This document shows, piece after piece, positions 40,250 to 52,153 of a stretch of DNA of 64,000 nt (positions within the stretch are counted from its first letter, which is position 1; each line of letters opens with the position of its first letter). The position numbers were made by a program, and so were the translations under genes. Below the pieces are notes generated by a model that saw only the letters and a program-made list of their open reading frames with translations, was not told the DNA's origin and did no database searches. Origin of the DNA: Octopus vulgaris (Eukaryota); assembly GCA_951406725.2 (NCBI GenBank), contig OX597823.1, positions 65,224,001-65,288,000 of the forward strand, given 5' to 3'.

Positions 40250-41290
40250 TGTTAGCATTACACGAAGGATGTTGGTTATTCCAGAACTGTGTGTGGTAAT
40301 GAACGGAATCGTATTTTCATTTACCTTTTCCTTAGGTGTCCGTAGTTGGGTAATGTTCAGTGTCATCGCCTTTTTAATTCCTTCATTAATTAATTCTTAA
40401 GGGGTATTTCTGCATTGTGGAGAAGCCTTTGAGTTCGTCGAGTTGGATTGCACGTATTTTGGGGTCAGATTTGTCTTGCCATGCTCTATGGAATGTTTCG
40501 CTTGATGTGTTATGGATGGCAAGAGTAGAAATTTAAACAGTGATGTGTGTCAGTTTTTAGGTAAAATATGTCTGTTGTGACTGTGGAGGTCTGTATTTTT
40601 ATGTGGATATCCAGGAAGATTAGTTAATTGCAACTGGATTTTGTCGTGAATTTGATGGATGGGTGAAGTGTGTTCAGTATATTGTTAAAATATGTTCAGA
40701 TCTTCATTCGATTTGTTCCAGAAGATGAAGAAATCATCAAGGAAGCGTTTCCACTTTTTAATGATATATTTCTTGTATTCCTGATTAAAAGCTTTTGCAA
40801 TTTCCTCATAAAGTTTTTCTTCCAAGTGTCCCATAACTACGTTTGTATATGAAGGCGCAAACCGCGTACCCATAGCAGTGCCATTTACTATCGACATGTT
40901 TTATTGTCGAATCTAAAGGTATTTTCCTCTAGCACTAAGCGTGTGGCCTTGGTGATGAAGTCAGTCTTGAAGCGTTCATTTATCCGTTCTCTATGATTCT
41001 CTACCCTGTGTTTGATTGCTTCTAGCGAGGTATATTAGTATAGATATTGGTGACATGGAAACTTGTATGTATAGTAACTTCTGTGACAGCGAGGGTGATG
41101 TGTTGAATGAAATTTATGCCATCCTGTACATAGCTGGGTATTAAAAGGCACAAAGGTTTAAGGAGTATATCCAAAAATGATTAAGTTGTTGTGTTGGTGC
41201 TTGAGGTCCAGCAACTATTGGTCACAGTTTGAGGTCAGCAGTGCTTAGTATTTTTTACGTAATGTTTTTTTTCAATATTCAATTCTGTGC
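40250..41290 (-). mobile_element. Penelope-like element reverse transcriptase fragment
   Basis: Motifs PIVAGPQAPT, GTAMGTRFAPSYTNVVMGHLE, WKRFLDDFFIFW, FLDIHI, TDIFYLKTD and LNFYSCHP. Confidence 0.85.
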
Positions 41291-41436
41291 ATCACACCTA
41301 ACACTCTATACATACATACATACATACATACATAAAAACATACATATATATATATATATATACACACACATACGTATATATATATATATACATACGCATA
41401 TGTGCATACATCTATACGTATATATATATATATAAA

Positions 41437-41769
41437 GACCCCCTTCGGTCATGAATGACCATGGGATTGCACCTAGAAAGTTACCCTCCTAGACACAAGT
41501 CCGGGCAAGGTTGTTTATGGAAGACCAGCAGTCGCCCATGCATACCGGCCTCCCCTCTCCACGCCACCAGTGTTATCCAAGAGAAAGACAAAGGTCGATA
41601 CAGCTTGGAACCAGTGACCTCGCAACTCATTTCTACAGCTGAGTGTACTGGAGCAACGTGAAATAAAGTGTTTTGCTCAAGAATACAACACGCAGCCCGG
41701 TCCGGGATTCGAGCTCACAACCTCACGATCGTAAGCTCGAGGCTCTAACCACTGAGCCATGCGCCTTCA
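41437..41769 (-). mobile_element. tRNA-derived SINE (family C-type)
   Basis: Near-exact reverse complement of 43753-44095; A box tggctcagtgg and B box gctcgaatccc. Confidence 0.85.
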
Positions 41770-41941
41770 TATATATATATATATATATGCATGTATGTAT
41801 ATATATATATGTATATATATATATGTAATAAATAGATATGTCTATTTTTTCCTTGTTAACAATATTAATAGCATTCAGTAAATCAGTATATATATCCATC
41901 ATTTTCGGTTACAATGTCTTATTGACGAGTTTGATTTCTTC

Positions 41942-42030
41942 ACTTCCCTGAAGAGAAGATTACATTTTGTTACGCCATTCTATTCCTTTGGAATAATACC
42001 AGTGATATCTTCGAAACATATATCGGAAGT
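41942..42030 (+). ncRNA. Minimal type I hammerhead ribozyme motif (one core-adjacent substitution)
   Basis: acttcc|CTGAAGA|gaagat...atcttc|GAAAC|atat|ATC|ggaagt has a perfect 6-bp stem I and 6-bp stem II and a palindromic short stem III. The triplet is ATC rather than GTC. Confidence 0.6.
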
Positions 42031-42060
42031 AAAAGAATTTGAATAACACTGCGTTTAACT

Positions 42061-42095
<35 letters not shown>

Positions 42096-42375
42096 AATTG
42101 AGAACAAAACAAACAACATAGAGAACGACCCTTCATCCATCGTTAGCTGTTTTCCTAGTCTCGTATTTCTAGCATTTAACAACAATATACGCTTGCGATA
42201 AAATAGTTGCTCCCGCAAAGTAAATTAGATAAAATTTGATGAAGGATCGTTCTTTATGCTGCTTATTTTGTTTTCCATTCGTGTGTTTCGTTGTTCTAAA
42301 TAATAGTTAATGTTCCATCTAATCGCTCTTCGGCTTTTCTTGTTGCATACGTGTTTCATGACGACTTGTGCTCGC

Positions 42376-42420
<45 letters not shown>

Positions 42421-42430
<10 letters not shown>

Positions 42431-42613
42431 GAAATGAAGAAAATGCTGACAAATAATTGAAGTAATTTAAGTAATTTAATTAGGTGAAAGTTCTTTTACC
42501 GGTTGCGCATTTGTTATAACAAATGCGCAACCGGTAAAAAGAACTTTCACCTAATTAAATTACTTAAATTACTTCAATTATTTGTCAGCATTTTCTTCAT
42601 TTCCTTTTTATAT
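42421..42613. repeat. Near-perfect spacerless palindrome with about 95-bp arms
   Basis: aaaaggaaatgaagaaaatgctgac...gcgcatttgtta|taacaaatgcgc...gtcagcattttcttcatttcctttt; apparently one indel between the arms. Confidence 0.95.
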
Positions 42614-42639
42614 ATCACCACTCGTGTTCGACATCTCCT

Positions 42640-42678
<39 letters not shown>

Positions 42679-42746
42679 TATATACGTATGTATATACGTA
42701 TAGATGTATGTACATATACGTATGTATATATACATATATATATATA

Positions 42747-43640
42747 CGACAGCGTAACGAAGGATCAAATGGGCTTGCAGCCCGATCCCGGCTAAAATTG
42801 CAACAAAAAAACATGGGAAATCATGCCCCCATGATCCCGGACCAGGGGGGGAAATAAAGGATCAAATAGGGACGGAAAAACTATATAGACTTGGACCGGA
42901 AATGTACAATGAGAAAGGAAACTGTATAGGAATGGTAGATGAGGAGTTCAGCTGATGGGGAAAGGTGTTTGCTAGTTACATCGGGCTGAGAATCCACCAA
43001 GCGAAGGTGTGCCAGAAGAAAACAATTCAACAACGCGGGTTGATAAACCATAAGACGTGTGGCCAGAACCCCCCGGAAAATAACCATAGCGAGGTTCATT
43101 CCACAGCTGAATCGGAACAGTCAAAGAGACTGATAGGCGTGAAGAAGACAAAGGTTAAGTGGCCGAAAGCAAATGACGCAGCGAGTTATAAAAAAAATTG
43201 ACGACGAGGTAGCAAGAATGACCACCAAACACAAAGGCGACGACGAACAAAAAGTGCGAGCTAAAACTACGCACCTTCACTAGTCAGTTAAGGTGAGACA
43301 GTGTCACGTGACAACTTGCTGGGGCTGCCTGCAGGAGACTTTGCGGCAGGTATTTAAAGGGAAACATTTGACAAGACAGTCAGTTACCGGCTGACACTCG
43401 CTGACGATACATCGTAGAGGCCAGGGAACAGAAGAAAGAAGACATGCACCCAACACCAGAGCTGAAGACACCTCCGAAAGGGGGGGGGGGCACGTCAAAA
43501 CGGTAGAGGAGTAGGGACCGAAACCGGACGTGTTTCCTCCTGATGATGTTTTGAGCTAACTGGATCCTATAAAGAAGTTGTTGTGGTAGCAGACCACGAA
43601 ACACGGTTGTAATTCCTTCCTATGATTGAACGACACGCAT
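42747..43640 (+). mobile_element. Internally deleted HERO/NeSL-like (R2-superfamily) non-LTR element
   Basis: Decayed N-terminal zinc finger (GKVFASYIGLRIHQAKVC) and KVKWPKANDAASYKKxDDEV, then non-coding sequence with ccgaaac...ctgatgatg resembling HERO 3' UTRs as recalled. No RT motifs; flanked by (TA)n. Confidence 0.55.
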
Positions 43641-43658
43641 CCTCTTTCATGTAGGTTT

Positions 43659-43752
<94 letters not shown>

Positions 43753-43755
<3 letters not shown>

Positions 43756-44095
43756 AAGGCGCATGGCTCAGTGGTTAGAGCGTCGAGCTTACGATCGTGA
43801 GGTTGTGAGCTCGAATCCCGGACCGGGCTGCGTGTTGTGTTCTTGAGCAAGGCACTTTATTTCACGTTGCTCCAGTTCACTCAGCTGTAGAAATGAGTTG
43901 CGACGTCACTTGTGCCAAGCTGTATCGACCTTTGTCTTTCCCTTGGATAACACTGGTGGCGTGGAGAGGGGAGGCCGGTATGCATGGGCGACTGCTGGCC
44001 TTCCATAAACAACCTTGCCCGGACTTGTATCTAGGAAGGTAACTTTCTAGGTGCAATCCCATGGTCATTCATGACCGAAGGGAGTCGTTACCCCT
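43753..44095 (+). mobile_element. tRNA-derived SINE (family C-type)
   Basis: gtgaaggcgcatggctcagtggttagagcg...gagctcgaatcccgg, inserted in (TA)n. Confidence 0.85.
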
Positions 44096-44177
44096 TATAT
44101 ATATATATATATATATACACTAAAAATTAATATAAACAGCCAGGCACAATCTAATAATATAAAAGAAAAATTAAATC

Positions 44178-44398
44178 GTCATTAAGGGTGCCGAAACACT
44201 TACATTATTTGAAATAAGAGTTAAAACAGACTTAATGCTGTAAGAGTACAAGCATATTTACTGGTTGATCCTCAACACGGTCATGATATGGTTATCTCCC
44301 CTGGCAGGATATGTATATATATGCGCTCATTTTACAGCGTTAATAGTTTTTCAGATCTTATTTCAAGTAATGTAGGTGCTTTTGCACTCTTAGTCACA
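44178..44398. repeat. Diverged inverted repeat with about 65-bp arms
   Basis: taagggtgc..cacttacattatttgaaataaga..ttaatgctgtaa pairs with ttacagcgttaa..tcttatttcaagtaatgtaggtg..gcactctta. Confidence 0.6.
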
Positions 44399-44499
44399 CT
44401 TTATGACGACTGTATATACATACATACATACATACATTCATACACACATATATATATATGATATATGCATATACATACATACATACACACACACACACT

Positions 44500-44545
<46 letters not shown>

Positions 44546-45642
44546 CATGTGTATATATGGGTACAAGACGTCACCAACAGTAAACAACATGAAATACGAA
44601 GACAAATGAGTTGAATACGTGAGCGAAACAAATGGGAAACAGGACAACTAGCATAAAGAATGACCCTTCATCAAAGTTGTCGGCTTTCTATCCACTCCTA
44701 CACTCACGCATGCACATATATATTAAATAAATTTTCGTACATTCACACCCATACGCGTATAGTAGCATAACGTACTGACGCACATCATTCTTTCCTACCT
44801 TTATGCCTTGATAAGATTCTCTTCAAACGCATACATGTGTATTTAGTATAAATTATTTAGATGTTATCAATTTTTGAAATCAAATTAAATATCTTGATAT
44901 CTAATTCTCATTTTGTCATTATTTGCAATTTCGCATACAACTCTCCTGTGATCATAATCTTATTTGTCTTTATTAGTATATTAAGTGCAACGGGAATAGG
45001 AGAGCTAATTGATAAATAAATAAATAAATAAATAACAGTATTTGCATTAAAAATGATTAAAACAGAAGGGGGATGAGAAGTGAGAGGAGGAAAATTTAAT
45101 ATAAGAGTTCAGTAGTTCAGTGACATATATATGACAGACTGTAAGTTATCATTTCACATCTTTGCTTGAACATTATATCGGATTCAATCGCGTCTTCATA
45201 GAGTGATTAGGAATACAAGCTTATTCAGTACTATTTCAGAATTTGACTAATCTTTCTCTTAATAGCAGATTTTAGCTACTGCTTTTTAGTGACATAAGTA
45301 TTTATAAAAAAAAATCTTTAATTAAAGAACATATCTTATCTGAGAGTCATAAAATTTAGATAAACACACCAACAATTGGTGTTGAGATAAGATAATAAAA
45401 TTGATTTTAAAATTTAATTTTGATTGGAAATCTAAATTCCGATAGCATTTTAACTCCAGTCTCAGAAATTATTTTCGTTATTATAAATGTCGTTGCATTA
45501 TTAATCGGAAATTTGAGTTTGTAAAATATGTACCAAAAAAAAAAAAGAAAAGAAAATTGATTCGAATTTGATAAATTGCTAATATTGTTGTGATAATAAT
45601 TACAAGATTATCGGCTGTTATGTTATCAATTCTATTTTCTAG

Positions 45643-45916
45643 AGGTTTGCTCAGCGACTCTTATTTCATAGAATCTCTGCTTAATATGAAAAACGAGAAG
45701 GTCAATTATTATCAACAGTTTGTTTCAATGCCCCCACGAAGCAATGAAATCCGCTCTCAAGCAGTGGCGACATCGCCATATCACGAGGACGTGAAGAGCA
45801 CAAAGCGAGATCATGTGGATGGAGAAATCGTAAAGAACCACGAGTCAAAAGATTTCCGAGACAAAGACACACCAGAGAAGCCACCACATGATTTGGCAAG
45901 AAGTTATACTACACCA
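45643..45916 (+). CDS. CFAP65: Internal coding exon (phase 2-0) of a CFAP65-like gene
   Basis: Acceptor ctattttctag| and donor cca|gtgagt. The spliced junction reads ILVDILRGLLSDSYFIESLLNMKNEKVNYYQQF, matching recalled CFAP65 'LLVDILTTIIRGLLEDKNFHEAV...EQVPYFRQF'. Confidence 0.85.
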
Positions 45917-46103
45917 GTGAGTAAATTCTTTCTTTCAATTACGTACTAGTCTCATACACATGCACACATGAGCCACCCCCAAATTTACATACATACTCGC
46001 ACACAGCCACATCTATCAAACGATCATAAATAAAGCTCGAGAATCTGTTTCTTCCATCGATCGCAATGTCTGAAGAGAGACCGGTTTGTATATTTAGAAT
46101 ACA

Positions 46104-46491
46104 CTAGCAGTATCGCCCGGCGTTGCTCGGGTTTGTTTCGACCCTTTAAAATTGGAATTTTTGAAAAGTAAAAATTTTGCATTATGTTAGCTTGTTATTC
46201 TCTTTAAGTGAACATTTTTCTGGTTGAAATACACCGAAAAATGGCGACACAGCAGTCAAACAATCGTAAAAAGTAGGGATTTTCATAGAAAAAAAGCACC
46301 TTTTTGATGTAAATCATTTTTGGTCTTAATATGGTCCGATTTGAAGTTTTTCTTCTACGGAAGGAAGAGCAAGTCTTCTATCATAGTCTCAATTTTGGTC
46401 AACTTGCGCCGCAGGGTCTCGGAGGAGATAGTGTTAGTTGAAGGCTACCAAACCTGCCATACTCAGACAACTTCAGCTTTATATATATAGA
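46104..46491 (-). mobile_element. Non-autonomous Helitron
   Basis: Minus strand starts A|TCTATATATATAAAGC and ends cccgagcaacgccgggcgatactgCTAG|T (3' hairpin plus CTAG, A-T insertion site). Confidence 0.75.
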
Positions 46492-46795
46492 TTTTAAACA
46501 GACGAAATATGAAGTGTTTGCTTGTCATTCTAGCAATTAGAGTTCTTTCTTGTCAAATAATTACGGTATTATGGTAAATGCTTGGTGAGAGCGCGATTTG
46601 AACATTTTTTTTTATTTAGTCTATAATCGTAATCCACGAGAAAGAGAGAGAGAAAAAGAAAGAGACAGAGAGGAGAAACGAAAGAGAGGGCGAGAAAGAG
46701 AGAGGGAGATGGAGAAAGAGAGACAGAAAGGGAGAGGAAGAAAGAGTTTCACTGGCAAACAAAAATACATAAACCTCACTACTTCACTGGTACTC

Positions 46796-46865
<70 letters not shown>

Positions 46866-46880
46866 ATTATTATTATTATT

Positions 46881-47177
46881 GAGTGAGAGAGTAGTGTATG
46901 CCATCAAAGTGACTCTGGGGTAAAATATACGAAGTTATCATTTCACATATACGAAGCCCAGTATACCCTTCATGACTACTCGTCTGATAATGGTACACCA
47001 GGCACATGCATCACAACCAAAAGTGCGCGACATGGTGATCGTATATCAAGATAAACAACGCATGACCTTTCAGGTGGGGCCCAGTTGGAATTTTCTTCTG
47101 GTCGAGTAGCCCATCTTGCCCAAAAGGTCCCTGAATAAGGATTGTTTAAGGATGTTGAACAAATCACCCATGTTTCC
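46881..47177 (-). mobile_element. Truncated copy of the (TAA)n-associated element at 27880-28549
   Basis: Reverse complement of about 28270-28549 (gagtgagagag..gccatcaaagtgac..ggtggggcccagtt), abutting (TTA)n. Confidence 0.75.
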
Positions 47178-47286
47178 ATGGAGAGAGAGAGGTGTGTGTT
47201 GATGTGTGTGTGTGTGTGTGAGGGAGAGCGTGACAGCGTACATTTTAAAAGTTACTTTTCCTCGCATCTTTTTTGAGTGAGTGACT

Positions 47287-47325
<39 letters not shown>

Positions 47326-48198
47326 TGATAGCGTTACGCCTCTCTCTCTTTCTCTCTCTCAGTTAAACACACACTAAAAAGTGATGCGAGAAAAAGTAAA
47401 TAAATTAAATTTACGCTCCCCCTCTCTGTCTCTCTGTCTCTCACACACACAGTAATACACACACTTTCTTTCTCTCTTTCCGATAACACACACATCTCTC
47501 TCTCAGTCAATCACTCACACACTCACTCAAAAAAAGATGCGACCAAAAATAAAATTAAAAAACGTACGCTGTTACTCTTTCTCTCAGACACACAATCACA
47601 GCGTACATTTATAAAATTTGCTTCTCCTTGCATCTTTTTTTGTGTGTGTTGTCGAAAAGAGAGAGAGGGTGAAGTGTGTGTTGCAGTATGTGTGTGGGAG
47701 AGAGAGAGAGTGAGATAGCGTAAATTTTATTTGACTTTTTGTCGCGTCTTTTTTAGTGTGTTTGAGAGAGAGTGAGAGAGAGAGAGAGAGAAAGGGCGTT
47801 ACGCTATTACTCTTCTTTCAGTCAATCACTAAAAAAAAGATACAACGAAAAATAAATTTTAAAAATGTACGCTGTCACTCTCTGTCCCTCTACCTCACCC
47901 ACCCACCCAAACGCATACAAATCAACACACAGCTTCACTTCACCTTTGCAAGAAGGGAACTTAACACATGTTAGCAAACTTACATATTTCACCGACGTTT
48001 AAAATTGGTAAAAGTTATGGTTGAAAATCGATTTTTACCGCTATTCGCGCGTCTCGGGAAAAAATAAGTTGACAAAAGCACAGCCATGATTGTGACCAAT
48101 GTCCTCCTAAAATTGGAGCGACTCGCGTGCTAATTTGTGAACGTACATATATTACATTCACGTACACGCACACGCGCACATCCTGCCTTTTATAGATT
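47178..48198 (-). mobile_element. Probable Helitron-like element with internal direct and inverted subrepeats
   Basis: Minus-strand 5' end TCTATAAAAGGCAGGATG. The body has several diverged units (agcgtacattt..ttcctcgcatctttttt..(GA)n) in both orientations. The 3' CTAG end was not seen. Confidence 0.45.
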
Positions 48199-48232
48199 AT
48201 TATTATTATTGTTGTTGTTGTTATTATTATTA

Positions 48233-48300
<68 letters not shown>

Positions 48301-48319
48301 TTATTATTATTATTATATG

Positions 48320-49200
48320 AAATCTCACAACTTATATTGCTGTGTATGGTAGAAAGTGCCAGCCGTCTACAGCCAGCAGACTAGGTAACACTTGTTTACT
48401 GGTCATGCTTTAAGAACCCTTCGAAGAATTCTTTTACTTCCAAACAATGCTGATTTTTGTAGGTGTTCTACCTTCACACTTGCACTGATATTTTTCAGTC
48501 AAGCTGGTTGTTGAGTGCTGATACTTCCAAGTGCACCAATTAATATTGGTACCTCGTCTACTCTCTTCATTGACCACATCCTCCGTATATCCCACTTTAA
48601 ATCGTAATAGCTGTTTATTTATTATTCTTCTTTCACATTGAACCTGTTGTCACCGTGACATGCTATGTCGATAGTCATACGTTATTTCTTTTTTATTCAC
48701 CACAACCATGTCCGGTGATTGCACTGGACCTTTAAATCCGAGAGGATTTTGCAGTTCTCATTTTCAGTGACTCCTTTTGGGGTTTATTCATACCACAACT
48801 TTCCTGTAGGCCGTGATTTCGATAGAACTCCCAATGGATCATACTTACCATATTATCATGGCGCCGTTTGTGTTCGCATTGTACCAATTTCGGACATTCG
48901 CTAATGATATGCCATAGCGTTTCATCTTTCTCAACACACATTCTGAATTTGTCACTATCAGTGGTGTTATCATTTCTGCACTTCATGTAATTGGTCTTTA
49001 ACGCCTGTTCCATATGAATGCTTCTGTCTCTATCTTCATGTTACTTCTCCTCATCCATAGGCACCGGTCCTCTGTATCTGTTTTGGCGTTCATATCTCTT
49101 GCAAACGGACCTTACATTTTTTCCTTACATGCCTTTTCTTTTTTCTGTTCCTTTCTTGTTATTATAATTATTGTTATTTGCATCTTTGTTACAGTCACTT
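48320..49200 (-). mobile_element. 3' part of an R4/Dong-like RLE LINE with (TAA)n tail
   Basis: Motifs RMCVEKDETLWHIISECPKLVQCEHKRRHDN, IDIACHGD and VPILIGALG; adjoins the (TTA)n tract at 48197-48316. Confidence 0.8.
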
Positions 49201-49269
49201 GCCGAGACACACCCAGTGTCCTAGGGCGAGTGAAGTGTAAGATGTGTTATAATATGAATGAAAGCTTGG

Positions 49270-50235
49270 GGGAGGGAAGGTAATGGAGTATCTTCATGTA
49301 ATACAACGCAGATATTTAAATGAATAGGGTTTTTCTAAGGATGTAGGCAGTATTTGCCACCATAATCTTTTGAATTTCTCAGGGCTCTCCTGAGATATGA
49401 TTTAGATGTTTCTGACATACCTGTTTTTATCATACCTAAGTCGCCTACAATAACAGCAACAGTTCTCGTTTTAAGATGCCACATCTTAAATATAAGTTCC
49501 TTATATTTATTTAGACTGTCAAATTACTTGACAGATATATCAGATATATTTTTACCAGTGGGAACACTTACATCTATGTTAGTGTACAAGTATTTTCTTC
49601 CCTGCCTTTAATGATTATGTTTAGTCGCTTAACCGGGATCGTTCTGTCAGTGTTGACTGGAAAATCCCAGAGGATAGTGACATTTTTACCTTCAACGACT
49701 GGCTCAGGATGGTGTCCGTACCAGTAAGTAGGAGTGCTGATTTTGTAGTGTTTCCATACTTTCCAATGTAAATACTGTTGTACCCTGTCGTGGCGATTTT
49801 CATATTCGTTTGGTGTCAGCACAGGAAATCCCGAGACGATATGGTGTATTGTTTCGTTAAACGTATCGCAGAATCTGCATTTAGGGTCAAAACAGTTTCC
49901 AAGAAAGGTAGCCTGCTAGTTTCTTTTGTGGGCAAGCTTTGGTCTTATGCGACCAATATGAAACCTTCATTCTCTGCTTTCAGTCCTGAACTTATCAACA
50001 ACTGATAGGTTGTTGCTTGATGTACATCAGCATTCCAACTTCGTAGTATATGCTGTCCATGCAGAGGCTTCTGGCTCCAGCGCTTCTCAATTTGTTCCTG
50101 ACCGCTCTTTTTTGCAGTTTGCTTGATCCATTTTGGTTGTTTTGTGACAGTGTGTATCAGGTTCTTCAGCTATTTTAAAGTTAATACCAAGTTTCGTTGC
50201 GATTTGCAAGCTTCTTGACAATCGAATGTGATTTT
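49270..50235 (-). mobile_element. Second R4/Dong-like RLE LINE 3' fragment (different subfamily)
   Basis: Motifs KPLHGQ, GLKAENEGFI, KCRFCDTFNETIHHIVSG, YENRHDRV, ILWDFPVNTDRTI and VIVGDLG. Confidence 0.8.
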
Positions 50236-52077
50236 TGCTTATTATTATTATTGTTGTTGTTGTTATTGTTGTTGTTGTTGTTATTGTTGTTGTTGTTGTT
50301 ATTATTATTTCTATTAGTAGTTGTAGTAGTAAGTCTCATAGGATTGTTTAGGACATCTGTTACCGGTCTCTAATATGTCATAGATAAAACACAGTCGCTG
50401 CTCGTAAAAATGATAATGTTAGAAGAAAAACGTAGACCAGGCAGCTGACGTTAAATTTTTTCTGGGACCGAACAGTAGAAAGTGGTGTTGTAGATATCCG
50501 TCGAGTGGCCTTGTGTATGAGTGGTTAAACTACCCTATAGGTACATAAATGTTGACGTGGTGAGAAAGAGTCACGTTGGCAGATAATCGTAATGTAGCTG
50601 GAGTGTGATAGGCAAGGTGAAGTGAAAAGAAGGTGAGTTGAAATCGAAAGAAGTTGACTCCACAGAGAGGGAGACATCGTGTGATGGATGTTGCTATCAC
50701 TCTTATAAATTAAGGAAAATGCATTTCTCAGCTTTTAATTATAATAAAACTTTTTAAACAATACATAATTCGAAATATCATAACTATTTCTATTTAAATG
50801 TGTGAATCTGTTGGAGCGAAATTTCACCTCAGGAGAAGTGCCATTACTTTGGAAATAGGCCTAATTATTAAAAAAATTGATTTTACCTTAGCTAAATAAA
50901 TAATGAGCAGGACTGCATGGAATAATTAATGTAGGTCTCATAGAATTTCTAAACCATTTTTAAATCGAGGAACAGGAATAAATTCTGTGTAGCAAATAAA
51001 TAGTTTTCCATCAACTGCAGTTAGATCATGTGATGGTAAGCAGATTTAAAGGGGCGAATAACAGAATCGATTTTAATTCAGATGATAAACGGTTAGATAT
51101 TGTCATTTTGGTGGAATTTGAACACTGATGTCCTCTAACTTTAGAGAAAAATTTTCAAATTAAATAAATTTCGAAAGGTACATTTTGAATAACCACGTAT
51201 ATCATAATTTATTACTTCTTTCACTCTACAAATTTGGAAATATAAATATTCAGAAATTCTCGTAATATTCGTCCTGTTATTGTATCAGAGTATTTCATGT
51301 TTCGCTTACTACTGAAAACTTTGAACAATTACAGCACGTCAGTTGCCTTTAAGAGACACGTGAATTAGTTGAAATTTCATTTCTAATTCTCATTAGACCT
51401 CTACGGTGATAGTTCATAGTGCAAATACATTTCTGATCCATCATGAAGTAATAAATGGCACTATTAATGGAATATAATCTGGTTAACACAGGATCACGCA
51501 TTTTAGGCTGTAAAGATTTCATAATTTATCCAGAAACAAATAATTCAATTTAATAAAATGTAATAAATTCTAAATAGGAAATTTAATTTTGTGGTTATGA
51601 ATTTTGTGTTTTGCTCGTCTTACAAATCCTCAGTGTAAATAACGTCTGTATTGCGGCTATTGTAGTAGCATAGTGTAAGGTATAGCAGTTGTTTTCGTAT
51701 TTGGCCAGTGACTATGTAAGAAACTTGCATCTTTATTGAGTTTTTATAGTCATTAAAGATCATAGATAGCTGTTATATTGAGTTTTCGTTTTTCCTCAAT
51801 AGTCTCGCAGTCATCCGCTATTTGTTTAAGACGCTTTTATTGTCACTGTCAGATATAGACACTGTGTTGGCCCTGTCAGTACAGACACACCGAAATGTCG
51901 AAGATAAGAGAGCTGGAAGTAGAGAAAGTTACGCCAGTACTCATCTGATAAACATTTCCAGGGAATTAAACTGGACCAATATGCAATGAAGCTGAAGGTA
52001 ACAACTGAATTGAGACGGACACTTATGACCCCAAGGTCAACATTCTCACCACTATGTCATACCTTTTTTACAGTACT

Positions 52078-52078
<1 letters not shown>

Positions 52079-52152
<74 letters not shown>
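52079..52152. repeat. (CTAT)n microsatellite, representative of many (TA)n, (TAA)n, (TG)n and (GA)n tracts in the window
   Basis: Direct inspection. Other long tracts include 6860-6924, 16270-16330, 27820-27879, 43643-43752 and 46798-46880. Confidence 0.95.

Positions 52153-52153
<1 letters not shown>

Noticed and set aside
43753-43830. tRNA-like A/B boxes here and at other SINE heads
   Set aside because: They continue into SINE bodies repeated in the window and lack a complete cloverleaf, so they are not tRNA genes.
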